From positions 1,258,823-1,290,822 of the forward strand of contig NZ_CP085327.1 in NCBI RefSeq assembly GCF_020614375.1: a stretch of 32,000 nucleotides of DNA, in the 5' to 3' direction. The position numbers were made by a program, and so were the translations under genes. Source of the stretch: Haladaptatus salinisoli (GTDB lineage: Archaea; Halobacteriota; Halobacteria; Halobacteriales; Haladaptataceae). This document shows, one piece after another, positions 8,075 through 15,815 of this stretch (position 1 is its first letter; each line of letters starts with the position of its first letter). A model generated the notes under the pieces. It saw nothing but the letters and a program-made list of their open reading frames with translations, had not been told where the DNA came from and searched no databases.

Positions 8075-8416
8075 TCAGTACTCGGCCGCCAGATACGCGC
8101 CGACGTAGCCACCGAGGGCGCTCAGACCCATCGTGTAGAGCAACGCGAGCACACCTAAAACGAGGGCGAAGACCAGGAATCCACCCGGAGCGCCACCGAA
8201 AAAGAAGAGGCTAACGAACAGGAAGCCGACGAAAATCATCGGAACGGTCGCTATCGCGCCCGAAATCGCACCGATTCGGACGCCCGTGTCGGTGGTGGCG
8301 TCGTCGAGGTAGGCCGCGACGGCACCGCCGAGAACGGGGGAGAACGGGAGGAAAGCGGTGACGATGGTTACGACGGCTCCGATAACCGCGTGGACGAGGG
8401 CGTTGTCGTTTCCCAT
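8075..8416 (-). CDS. Small integral membrane protein (DUF5518-like)
   Basis: MGNDNALVHAVIGAVVTIVTAFLPFSPVLGGAVAAYL... has 3-4 TM segments. ATG 8416 chosen because the 17-codon upstream extension has low GC3. Its stop directly abuts the dapE stop. Confidence 0.75.
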   Translation of the reverse strand: MGNDNALVHAVIGAVVTIVTAFLPFSPVLGGAVAAYLDDATTDTGVRIGAISGAIATVPMIFVGFLFVSLFFFGGAPGGFLVFALVLGVLALLYTMGLSALGGYVGAYLAAEY

Positions 8417-8431
8417 GCTCCGGATAGGTTT

Positions 8432-8453
8432 CCGACGATGAAATAATCGTCGG
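8432..8453 (-). promoter_or_regulatory. 7-bp perfect inverted repeat (ccgacga/tcgtcgg) enclosing an AT-rich octamer: TATA-like box and possible operator
   Basis: The loop tgaaataa (8439-8446) is centred about 27 nt upstream of the ATG at 8416. The element is also about 80 nt downstream of the purB stop on the same strand. Confidence 0.35.
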
Positions 8454-8531
8454 AGAGGATGATTCATGGAACGGGCGTCGGTAACTCGACCGGCTTACCG
8501 GGTTTTCTGCGGTCGAAGTCGACCCGCGAGG

Positions 8532-9911
8532 TCAGTCGAGTTCGTCCACCAGTTCGTCGGCCAAACCGGTGTACTCCGCGGGGGTGAGGGCGCGCAGTTC
8601 CTCGCGCACGTCCTCGTCCACGTCGAGGTCGTCGAAGAGGTCGCGGAAGTCGTCGAGCGTAACGCGCTTGCCGCGGGTCAGGTCCTTGACGCGCTCGTAG
8701 GCGTCCTCGTGGCCCTCCCGTCGCAGGATGGTTTGTACCGCCTCGCCGATTATCTCGGGCGTCGCTTCGAGTTCCTCGCGCATGACCGCCTCGTTCGGGA
8801 CGACCTTGCCGAGTCCGTCCCGAGCCTTCGCGTAGCCGAGCAGGCAGTAGGCGAGCGCCGCGCCGACGTTTCGCTTGACTGTCGAGTCGGAGAGGTCGCG
8901 CTGGAGGCGCGAGGTGGTGACGTAGTCGCCGAGGAACGCGAGGTCGGAGTTGGCCTTCGAGAGGTTCCCCTCGCTGTTCTCGAAGTCGATGGGGTTCACC
9001 TTGTGCGGCATGGTCGAACTCCCCGTCTCGCTCGCCGTCGCCTCCTGACCGAGGTAGCGGTCGCTGACGTAGAGCCACGCGTCGCGGTCGAGGTCGAGCA
9101 GGACGTTGTTCGCGCCCCGGAGCGCGTCGAACAACTCGGCGAGGTCGTCGCAGGGGTTGACCTGCGTGGCGAGCGCGGTGTGTTCGAGTCCGAGGCCGGT
9201 CACGAACTCGCGGGAGAACGCCCGCCAGTCCACGTCGGGGTAGGCCGCGACGTGGGCGGCGTAGGTGCCGCTGGCTCCGGCGAGTTTACCGGAGAGGGAC
9301 CCCGCGGCCCGCTCGATACGGCCGACGACCCGACCGAGGCGGGCGGCGTAGACCGCCATCTCCTTGCCGAACGTGGTCGGCGTCGCCGGTTGGCCGTGGG
9401 TTCGGGCGAGCATCGGCACGTCGCGGTACTCGCGGGCCATCCCGGCGAGGTCGTCGCGGACGGCGGCGAGTTCCGGGAGCAGGACCTCCCCCACCGCGGG
9501 CTTGACCAGCAGTCGGTGCGCGAGATTGTTCACGTCCTCGCTCGTCAGCGCGAAGTGGACCCACGAGGAGAGGTCGTCGAGGCGGTCGGGAAGCGAGTGA
9601 CGGACGAAGTACTCGACGGCCTTCACGTCGTGGTTCGTCGCGGGGTGGCCGGCGTAGCCCTCGGTTTCGAGCGCCTTGACGACGGCGGCGGCGTCCTCGT
9701 CGAATGCCTCGTAAAGGTCGCGCAGCGCGTCGCGGTCGTCGGACGAAATCTCGAACGGCGTCGCGTCGAGGTCGGCCAGCGCCACGAGGTACTCCACTTC
9801 GACTCGCACGCGGGCGCGCATGAGCGCGGCCTCGCTCGCGTACTCGCGGAGGGGCGCGGTGCGACCGGCGTAGCGCCCGTCCAGCGGCGAGACGGCGTAC
9901 AGGGAATCCAT
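8532..9911 (-). CDS. purB: Adenylosuccinate lyase
   Basis: MDSLYAVSPLDGRYA... start and the fumarate-lyase signature SSTMPHKVNP. The start is the internal ATG 9911. Confidence 0.95.
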   Translation of the reverse strand: MDSLYAVSPLDGRYAGRTAPLREYASEAALMRARVRVEVEYLVALADLDATPFEISSDDRDALRDLYEAFDEDAAAVVKALETEGYAGHPATNHDVKAVEYFVRHSLPDRLDDLSSWVHFALTSEDVNNLAHRLLVKPAVGEVLLPELAAVRDDLAGMAREYRDVPMLARTHGQPATPTTFGKEMAVYAARLGRVVGRIERAAGSLSGKLAGASGTYAAHVAAYPDVDWRAFSREFVTGLGLEHTALATQVNPCDDLAELFDALRGANNVLLDLDRDAWLYVSDRYLGQEATASETGSSTMPHKVNPIDFENSEGNLSKANSDLAFLGDYVTTSRLQRDLSDSTVKRNVGAALAYCLLGYAKARDGLGKVVPNEAVMREELEATPEIIGEAVQTILRREGHEDAYERVKDLTRGKRVTLDDFRDLFDDLDVDEDVREELRALTPAEYTGLADELVDELD

Positions 9912-9932
9912 ACGTGTGCCTGCCGGGCCGTT

Positions 9933-9943
9933 CGGCAAAAGCG
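9933..9943 (-). promoter_or_regulatory. TATA-like box (minus-strand cgcttttgccg) for purB
   Basis: Centred about 27 nt upstream of the ATG at 9911. Confidence 0.35.
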
Positions 9944-10078
9944 TGTCGGTACGGTGACGCACGGACGTGCATATAAAACGCGTAGATTGGAGATATTAGA
10001 CCGTAGATGGGCACGAATTTGCATACATCTCGGCGCTCGACCGCAACTACTTTCCCCGCCCCGCCCGGTCTTCCGACC

Positions 10079-11695
10079 ATGACACGGATTGCGGGCATGG
10101 CCGGGAACCGCGGTCGAAACCTCCTGAACGTCGACGACCTCGCGCCGGGCGGGGCCGAGTTGGCGGTCGTGTTGACGAACGACGCGAACGCGCCGGCGCT
10201 GGAGAAGGCGGCGGAGCGCGGGATTCCGACCGAGGTGGTCGAACTGGGCGACGACGAATCGCGGCGGGACCACGAGGAGAGGGTGCTCGACGCGCTCTCG
10301 GGGTACGACTTCGACCTCGTCTGCCTCGACGGGTACATGCGAATCCTCACGGGCGAATTTCTGGACGAGGTGCCCGCGACGCTGAACGTCCACCCGTCCC
10401 TGCTCCCGTCGTTCCCCGGCGCGGACGCGTGGGGCGACGCCCTCGACGCCGGCGTGAGCGTGACCGGCTGTACGGTGCACGTCGTTACGGACGCGACGGA
10501 CGAGGCGGGCGAAGTGGACCCCGAAAGGGTGGACAGCGGGCCGATAGTCACGCAGGAACCGATTCCCGTTTACGAGGACGACACGAAGGAGACCCTGAAA
10601 GAGCGCGTGCTCTACCGGGGCGAGTTCAAAGCCTACCCACGCGCGGTGCGGTGGTTCGCCGAGGGGAAGGTCGAGGTCGATTACGATGCGAACCGCGTTC
10701 TCGTCGAGGGCGACGAGGACGGCGCGCTCCCGACGCGCCGGGTCGAAACCGCGGACCGCGCGGCCGACCTCCGGTACGGCGAGAACCCCCATCAGGACGC
10801 CGCGCTCTACGCCGACGCCGCCTGCGAGGAGGCGAGCGTCGTCCGCGCGGCGCAGTTGAACGAGGGCGCGAAGGCGCTGTCGTACAACAACTACAACGAC
10901 GCCGACGCCGCGCTGAACCTCGTCAAGGAGTTCGACCGCCCGGCGTGCGGGGTCATCAAGCACACCAACCCCGCCGGCTGTGCGACCGCCGACTCGCTCG
11001 CCGAGGCCTACGACCGCGCGCTCTCGACCGACGCGAAGAGCGCGTTCGGCGGCATCGTCGCCCTCAACGGGGAGTGCGACGGGGCGACCGCCGAGCGCAT
11101 CGCGGACTCGTTCAAGGAGGTCGTCGTCGCGCCCGGATACACCGACGACGCGCTCTCGACCCTCCGCGAGAAGGAGAACCTCCGAGTCCTGGCCGTGGGC
11201 GAACTCGGCGAGGTCACCGAAACCCACACCGAAAAGGACCTCGTCGGCGGTCGTCTCGTGCAGGAGCGCGACCTGCAGGCCCCGACCCGCGACGACCTCG
11301 AAGTCGTCACCGAGCGCGAACCGACCGAGGAACAACTCGACTCGCTGCTCTTCGCGTGGCGAACCGTCAAGCACGTCAAGTCGAACGCCATTCTCTTCGC
11401 GACGGGCACCGAGACGGTCGGCGTCGGCGCGGGGCAGGTCAGCCGCGTGGACGCGGTCGAGATAGCGAAGACGAAAGCCGAGCGCGACGCCGAGGGCAAG
11501 GACGCCGACGGCGCGGTGATGGCCAGCGACGCCTTCTTCCCCTTCCCGGACGCTATCGAGGCGGCCGCCGAGGCCGGAATCGAGGCGGTCGTCCAGCCCG
11601 GCGGGTCGGTCAACGACGACGACGTCATCGAGGCCGCCGACGAGCACGGGATGGCGATGGTGTTCACGGGGAGTCGGTGCTTTAGGCACGACTGA
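10079..11695 (+). CDS. purNH: Bifunctional GAR formyltransferase / AICAR formyltransferase (PurN-PurH fusion without the IMP cyclohydrolase domain)
   Basis: The N-terminal ~200 aa are PurN-like (MTRIAGMAGNRGRNL, HPSLLPSFPG). The remainder is the AICARFT domain (YGENPHQ, KHTNPAG, SDAFFPFPD). Start at ATG 10079, because the 24 upstream codons from 10007 have poor GC3. Confidence 0.9.
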   Translation: MTRIAGMAGNRGRNLLNVDDLAPGGAELAVVLTNDANAPALEKAAERGIPTEVVELGDDESRRDHEERVLDALSGYDFDLVCLDGYMRILTGEFLDEVPATLNVHPSLLPSFPGADAWGDALDAGVSVTGCTVHVVTDATDEAGEVDPERVDSGPIVTQEPIPVYEDDTKETLKERVLYRGEFKAYPRAVRWFAEGKVEVDYDANRVLVEGDEDGALPTRRVETADRAADLRYGENPHQDAALYADAACEEASVVRAAQLNEGAKALSYNNYNDADAALNLVKEFDRPACGVIKHTNPAGCATADSLAEAYDRALSTDAKSAFGGIVALNGECDGATAERIADSFKEVVVAPGYTDDALSTLREKENLRVLAVGELGEVTETHTEKDLVGGRLVQERDLQAPTRDDLEVVTEREPTEEQLDSLLFAWRTVKHVKSNAILFATGTETVGVGAGQVSRVDAVEIAKTKAERDAEGKDADGAVMASDAFFPFPDAIEAAAEAGIEAVVQPGGSVNDDDVIEAADEHGMAMVFTGSRCFRHD

Positions 11696-11775
11696 AGCCG
11701 GCGAGTTGCAGCGCCCGAAGGGCGACCGTTCCGCGCGGTTTCCGCCGCGACCGAGCGAAGGAGCGTTCCTCGACA

Positions 11776-11787
11776 GAAAGCTTATCG
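11776..11787 (+). promoter_or_regulatory. TATA-like box (gaaagcttatcg)
   Basis: Centred about 28 nt upstream of the ATG at 11810. Confidence 0.4.
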
Positions 11788-11809
11788 CCCGAACGGCCGA
11801 CTATCTCCC

Positions 11810-12076
11810 ATGAATTTGCGAGCGGAACACGGCGTCTATCTGGCGGTCTGGCTCGTCGTCGTGGCCTTCCTCGCGATGTTCTTCTACATGGGGCCGTTCG
11901 GCTGGATCATCGGGATACTCGTCCTCCTCGCAGTCCTCGAACTGTCCGACCTGAGCGGCTTCTTTCGGGGGGCGCCGTCGGAGCCGAAGCGCAGCTGTCC
12001 CGAGTGCGGCGCTCGAAACCCCGCCGACCGAACCGACTGCCACTACTGCGGCGAAGAGCTGACCGACGCGGCGTAG
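11810..12076 (+). CDS. Small membrane protein with a C-terminal zinc ribbon
   Basis: 88 aa with two TM segments, followed by CPECG-x12-CHYCG. High GC3. Confidence 0.75.
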   Translation: MNLRAEHGVYLAVWLVVVAFLAMFFYMGPFGWIIGILVLLAVLELSDLSGFFRGAPSEPKRSCPECGARNPADRTDCHYCGEELTDAA

Positions 12077-12107
12077 CGACGCCATCGCCGCCTCGCCGAC
12101 TCGTCTC

Positions 12108-12700
12108 CTACCGTTTCCCGACGAACTCCGCCACCGCCCGGAGAACTCGTCGGATTCTTCCGGCGTGATGCAGCGTCCGCTCTCCTCGAACAGTTCGAAC
12201 TCGGCGTTCGGGACGCGGTCCGCGACGTCTTTCACGGCGGCGACGGTTCGCCACTTCTCGTCCGCGCCGGCGCGGACGAGCGTCGGAACGTCGATGTCGG
12301 GGAGCGCGTCGCGGTAGTCGCGCGCCGCGTAATCGAGGAGGATCGCGCTCGCTATCGGCGGCGGAGTGCGGGAGAGTTCGTCGAGCGCGAGGGTTCTCGT
12401 CTCGTCCGACGGCGGTTCCTTGAACGCCGCCCCGACGAGTCGTTCGATGAACGCCGGACGGTCGGTCTGCACCGGTTCGAGGGTGCCGGCGAGGCGTTCC
12501 AAATCGCCGCTCCGGTAGTCCAGCGCGACCGTCCGGAAGTCGTCCGAGAGGTCCGCCACCTGCGGCGCGAAGAATCGAATCCCGATCGTCACCCCCGGCA
12601 GGAACACTATCGGCGTTCCCTCCCCCGCCTCCGCGAAGTAGAGTTCCGCCCCGTCGCACCGTTCGGAGGCCGTCGCGACCCGGTCGACGCGCGGGGGCAA
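12108..12700 (-). pseudogene. Decayed alpha/beta-fold hydrolase (internal deletion, C-terminal frameshift, no ATG/GTG start)
   Basis: AELYFAEAGEGTPIVFLPG...FRTVALDYRS matches the hydrolase N-terminus, but the GxSxG region is missing. The catalytic-His context reads ESGRCIT. The typical C-terminus LRAVAEFVGKR* lies in another frame, ending at 12108. The only in-frame start is TTG 12700. Confidence 0.55.
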
Positions 12701-12727
12701 AATCGTCGCGGCCGAGCGGACCGGACA

Positions 12728-12739
12728 CGATTAAAGTAC
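12728..12739 (+). promoter_or_regulatory. TATA-like box (cgattaaagtac)
   Basis: Centred about 28 nt upstream of the ATG at 12762. Confidence 0.4.
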
Positions 12740-12761
12740 GCTCGCTCCCAACACCCGGACG

Positions 12762-13286
12762 ATGGGACTGCTCGGTGACTCCAAAATCAAGGCCCTGTTC
12801 GCGGGACTGGTGCTCTCGCTCGTCCTGCTCGTCGGCATCGCCGCGCTCGGACTGCTCGCGGCGCTCTCGGCGCTCGGCAACCCCGGGGCCGCCGGCACGC
12901 CGATGCTGCTCGTCGCCCTCGACGCCGCCGCGCCGTACATCGTGGCGTTCCTGCTGGACGGTCTGGTCGCGGGACTGCTGTTCGTCGCGCTGACGGTCGC
13001 CGCGGCCCGGCGCGTGTCGATGCCGCGGGACGACCGACTCGCGCGACTCGTCCGACGGGCCGAGCGACTGCACCCCAAAGCCGATTCGCTCGGCCTGTCG
13101 AAGCGGGTCGAGCCGACGAGCGAGGACCGGATGGACGAGTTGAAACGAAAGTACGTGGAGGACGAGATTACCGAAGCCGAGTTCGAGCGCCGGATGAAGC
13201 GGCTGATGGACGGATCGATGGACGGATCCGACGACCAGCGAGCGCGGCGAGAGCGCGGGCGGGCGGAGCGCGAATTCGAGCGATAA
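12762..13286 (+). CDS. Membrane protein with a C-terminal SHOCT-like domain
   Basis: 174 aa. Three hydrophobic segments, then DELKRKYVEDEITEAEFERRMKRLM (SHOCT-type motif) and a charged tail. Confidence 0.8.
   Translation: MGLLGDSKIKALFAGLVLSLVLLVGIAALGLLAALSALGNPGAAGTPMLLVALDAAAPYIVAFLLDGLVAGLLFVALTVAAARRVSMPRDDRLARLVRRAERLHPKADSLGLSKRVEPTSEDRMDELKRKYVEDEITEAEFERRMKRLMDGSMDGSDDQRARRERGRAEREFER
13206..13229 (+). repeat. 12-bp tandem duplication (atggacggatcg atggacggatcc)
   Basis: 11/12 identical adjacent copies encode MDGS-MDGS in the tail of the SHOCT protein. Confidence 0.8.
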
Positions 13287-13320
13287 CGCCGAACCCGCTC
13301 CGTCCGGCGTCTGAGTTCGA

Positions 13321-13332
13321 CAATCTAAAGCG
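13321..13332 (+). promoter_or_regulatory. TATA-like box (caatctaaagcg)
   Basis: Centred about 29 nt upstream of the ATG at 13355. Confidence 0.4.
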
Positions 13333-13354
13333 CCCGGCATCTGTCGTCACAGGT

Positions 13355-15784
13355 ATGGACTACCACGAGGCGGCGAACTTTCTTTTCGACCTGCGGCGGT
13401 TCCGCCCGAAGCCGGGAACGGAGTCCACCGCGGACCTCCTCGCGCACCTCGGCGACCCCCACGACGGCGTCCGGTTCGTACAGGTAGCCGGGTCGAACGG
13501 GAAGGGAAGCACGGCTCGAATGACCGAGCAGGCGCTCCGCGAAGCGGGACTGTCCGTCGGACTCTACACGTCGCCGCACTTCGACGACGTGCGCGAGCGC
13601 GTCACGGTCGACGGGCGGAAGATACCGAAGTCCGCGGTGGCCGAGTTCGTGGACTCGGTGTACGACTACGCGACCGACCGGGCGGCGGACGGCGACTCCC
13701 CGACGTTCTTCGAGGGGATGACCGCGATGGCGCTCTGGTACTTCGGGCGCGAGGACGTGGACGTGGCCGTCCTCGAGGTCGGTATCGGCGGGCGCTACGA
13801 CGCGACGAGCGTGGTCGACCCGATCGCCGCGGCGGTGACCAGCGTGACGCTCGAGCACACCGGCATCATCGGCGAGACGATAGAGGAGATCGCCCGCGAC
13901 AAGGCGCACGTCGCGCCCGCCGACGCGCCGTTGGTCACCGGAACGTCGGGCGACGCCCTCGACGCGGTCCGGGAGCAGGCCGGAGACGTCGTCGTGGTGG
14001 GCGACTCGGGCGACGTGCGGGCCGCCTACGAGGGGCGGACGAACCACACGGAGGCCGCGATTACGCTGTCGGGTGCCGACTGGGAGGTCGAGACGGCCAT
14101 CCCGCTGCTCGGCGAGTACCAGGCCCGGAACGCGGGGATCGCGGCGACGCTCGCCCGGCAGGTCGCCGACGTGGACGAAGCCGCGCTCGCGCGCGGCCTC
14201 CGGAAGGGGTTCTGGCCGGGGCGGTTCGAAGTGATGGGAACCGACCCCGTCGTGGTGCTCGACGGGGCGCACAACCCCGGCGCGTGCGAGGCGCTCGCGG
14301 ACACGCTCGGCGAGTTCGACTACGACGAGTTCCACCTCGTCTTCGGCGCGATGCACGACAAGGACGTGCGGGGCATGGCCGACGCGCTCCCGACGCCGAA
14401 CCGCGTCGTCGCGTGCCACCCGAACGTCGACCGGGCGGAGGACGAGGAGGTCGTCGCGCGGGTGTTCGAGGAGCGCGCCGACGACGTCGAGCGCATCGGG
14501 TCGGTCGAGAGCGCGGTCTCCGACGCCCTCGCCGAGGCGGGCCCGAACGACCTCGTGCTCGTCACCGGGTCGCTGTTCGCGGTGGCCGAGGCGCGGTCGC
14601 GGTGGACGCGCGACGAGATTCCGAAGCGAATCGGGGATCTGGACGAGGCGCGAAAGGCGCTGGAAGGGGCGGACGTCGCTCCTCCCGGCGTCTGGCGGAT
14701 GCGCGGAGAGGCCGTCCACCGGGTGCTGAAGACGCGGGTGCAGACCAGGCAGGCCCGGTACGTCAAAGAGGAGATGCTCAGCCTCGGCGGCGAGTGCGCC
14801 CGGTCGGGGCTGAGCGACCGGGACGACGAGAATATCGACGTGCTGCTGATGGGGACCCTGGCGCAGTTCGAGCGCCTCGCCGACGAACTCGAGGGGGGTC
14901 CCTACGGCCTGTCGGAGTTCGCGGACGAACTCCGGAACGCCCTCGGCATCCGGCGGACGCGGGACGGGCGGGGCTACCCGTGGGAAGGGCGGACGGCGGT
15001 GATGGGCATCCTCAACGTCACGCCGGACAGCTTCCACGACGGCGGGGAGTACGAGGCCCGCGAGGACGCCGTCGAGCGCGCGACCGAGATGGTCGAGGCG
15101 GGCGCGGATATCGTCGATATCGGCGGCGAGAGCACGCGCCCCGGCGCGGACGAAGTTCCGGTGGAGACGGAGATAGAGCGCGTCGTCCCGGTCGTAGAGG
15201 AGATTCGCGACCTCGACGCGATGCTCTCGGTGGACACGCGGAAGGCGGCGGTCGCCCGCGCCGCGCTCGAAGCGGGCGCGGACATCGTCAACGACGTGTC
15301 GGGACTCGAAGACCCCGAGATGCGCTTCGTCGCCGCCGAGTACGACGCCCCGCTCGTGGTGATGCACAGCCTCGACGCGCCCGTGGTTCCGGGGCGGTCG
15401 GTCGAGTACGACGACGTGGTCGAGGACGTCATCGCGGAGTTGGAAGAGCGCGTCCTGCTCGCGGAGAAGGCGGGCCTCGACAGAAGTCGGATAATCGTCG
15501 ACCCCGGACTCGGCTTCGCGAAGACGCCCGCCGAGAGCTTCGCGTTGCTCGGCAGGACGGGCGAGTTGCGCGCGCTCGGCTGTCCCGTCCTCGTCGGCCA
15601 CTCGCACAAGTCGATGTTCGCCTCGGTGAGCGGGGACGACCGAACCGCCGCGACGGTCGCCGGGACGACCATCGCCGCGGAGCGGGGGGCTGACATCGTC
15701 CGCGTCCACGACGTCGAGGAGAACGTCGCCGCGGTTCGGGCGGTGGCGGCGGCCGAAGCGCCCCAAGAGTTCGACGAACCATAA
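13355..15784 (+). CDS. folCP: Folylpolyglutamate/dihydrofolate synthase fused to dihydropteroate synthase (FolC-FolP)
   Basis: The N-terminal Mur-ligase fold has the GSNGKGS P-loop. The C-terminal DHPS has GILNVTPDSF, DIGGESTRPG and VGHSHKSM. About 128 aa between them are unassigned. Confidence 0.92.
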   Translation: MDYHEAANFLFDLRRFRPKPGTESTADLLAHLGDPHDGVRFVQVAGSNGKGSTARMTEQALREAGLSVGLYTSPHFDDVRERVTVDGRKIPKSAVAEFVDSVYDYATDRAADGDSPTFFEGMTAMALWYFGREDVDVAVLEVGIGGRYDATSVVDPIAAAVTSVTLEHTGIIGETIEEIARDKAHVAPADAPLVTGTSGDALDAVREQAGDVVVVGDSGDVRAAYEGRTNHTEAAITLSGADWEVETAIPLLGEYQARNAGIAATLARQVADVDEAALARGLRKGFWPGRFEVMGTDPVVVLDGAHNPGACEALADTLGEFDYDEFHLVFGAMHDKDVRGMADALPTPNRVVACHPNVDRAEDEEVVARVFEERADDVERIGSVESAVSDALAEAGPNDLVLVTGSLFAVAEARSRWTRDEIPKRIGDLDEARKALEGADVAPPGVWRMRGEAVHRVLKTRVQTRQARYVKEEMLSLGGECARSGLSDRDDENIDVLLMGTLAQFERLADELEGGPYGLSEFADELRNALGIRRTRDGRGYPWEGRTAVMGILNVTPDSFHDGGEYEAREDAVERATEMVEAGADIVDIGGESTRPGADEVPVETEIERVVPVVEEIRDLDAMLSVDTRKAAVARAALEAGADIVNDVSGLEDPEMRFVAAEYDAPLVVMHSLDAPVVPGRSVEYDDVVEDVIAELEERVLLAEKAGLDRSRIIVDPGLGFAKTPAESFALLGRTGELRALGCPVLVGHSHKSMFASVSGDDRTAATVAGTTIAAERGADIVRVHDVEENVAAVRAVAAAEAPQEFDEP

Positions 15785-15793
15785 GCTGATATG
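15783..15793 (+). promoter_or_regulatory. TATA-like box (aagctgatatg) overlapping the folCP stop codon
   Basis: Centred about 27 nt upstream of the ATG at 15815. Confidence 0.35.
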
Positions 15794-15815
15794 TGCCCGC
15801 CGTGACCGGCGGGCA
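15794..15815 (+). terminator. GC-rich stem-loop (9-bp stem, 4-nt loop): possible folCP terminator or operator
   Basis: tgcccgccg-tgac-cggcgggca is perfectly complementary. The last base is the A of the peptidase ATG. Confidence 0.3.

Noticed and set aside
4747-8214. Long ORFs across the lysine operon that are antisense or in alternative frames (4747..5979 -, 6485..7990 -, 6730..7452 -, 7447..8214 +, and the 6413..7006 extension of dapE)
   Set aside because: Each overlaps a gene with diagnostic enzyme motifs. The products are Arg-rich and motif-free. The 6413 extension of dapE lies wholly inside dapF in another frame.
10007-10078. ATG 10007 as the purNH start (24 extra codons)
   Set aside because: The PurN-like N-terminus (MTRIAGMAG..) begins at 10079, and only about 62% of third positions in the extension are G/C. 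It is kept as a possible minor isoform because the AT-rich box at 9969-9978 lies about 33 nt upstream.
8466-10551. 538-aa plus-strand and 421-aa minus-strand ORFs over purB and the purB/purNH spacer
   Set aside because: They are antisense or out of frame to purB (SSTMPHKVNP signature). They cross the AT-rich promoter region and lack coding-like third-position bias there.
9623-11689. 688-aa minus-strand ORF, plus the other ORFs overlapping purNH (10429..11685 +, 10980..11465 +, 11008..11667 -)
   Set aside because: They are antisense or out of frame to the purNH gene, which carries clear catalytic motifs. Their composition (R/G/P/A-rich) is typical of GC-driven artefacts.
11801-12107. Continuation of the 299-aa minus-strand ORF (hydrolase relic) across the zinc-ribbon membrane-protein gene
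   Set aside because: This tail arises only from the frameshift at about 12150. It is antisense to a GC3-rich, well-formed plus-strand gene and has no hydrolase similarity.
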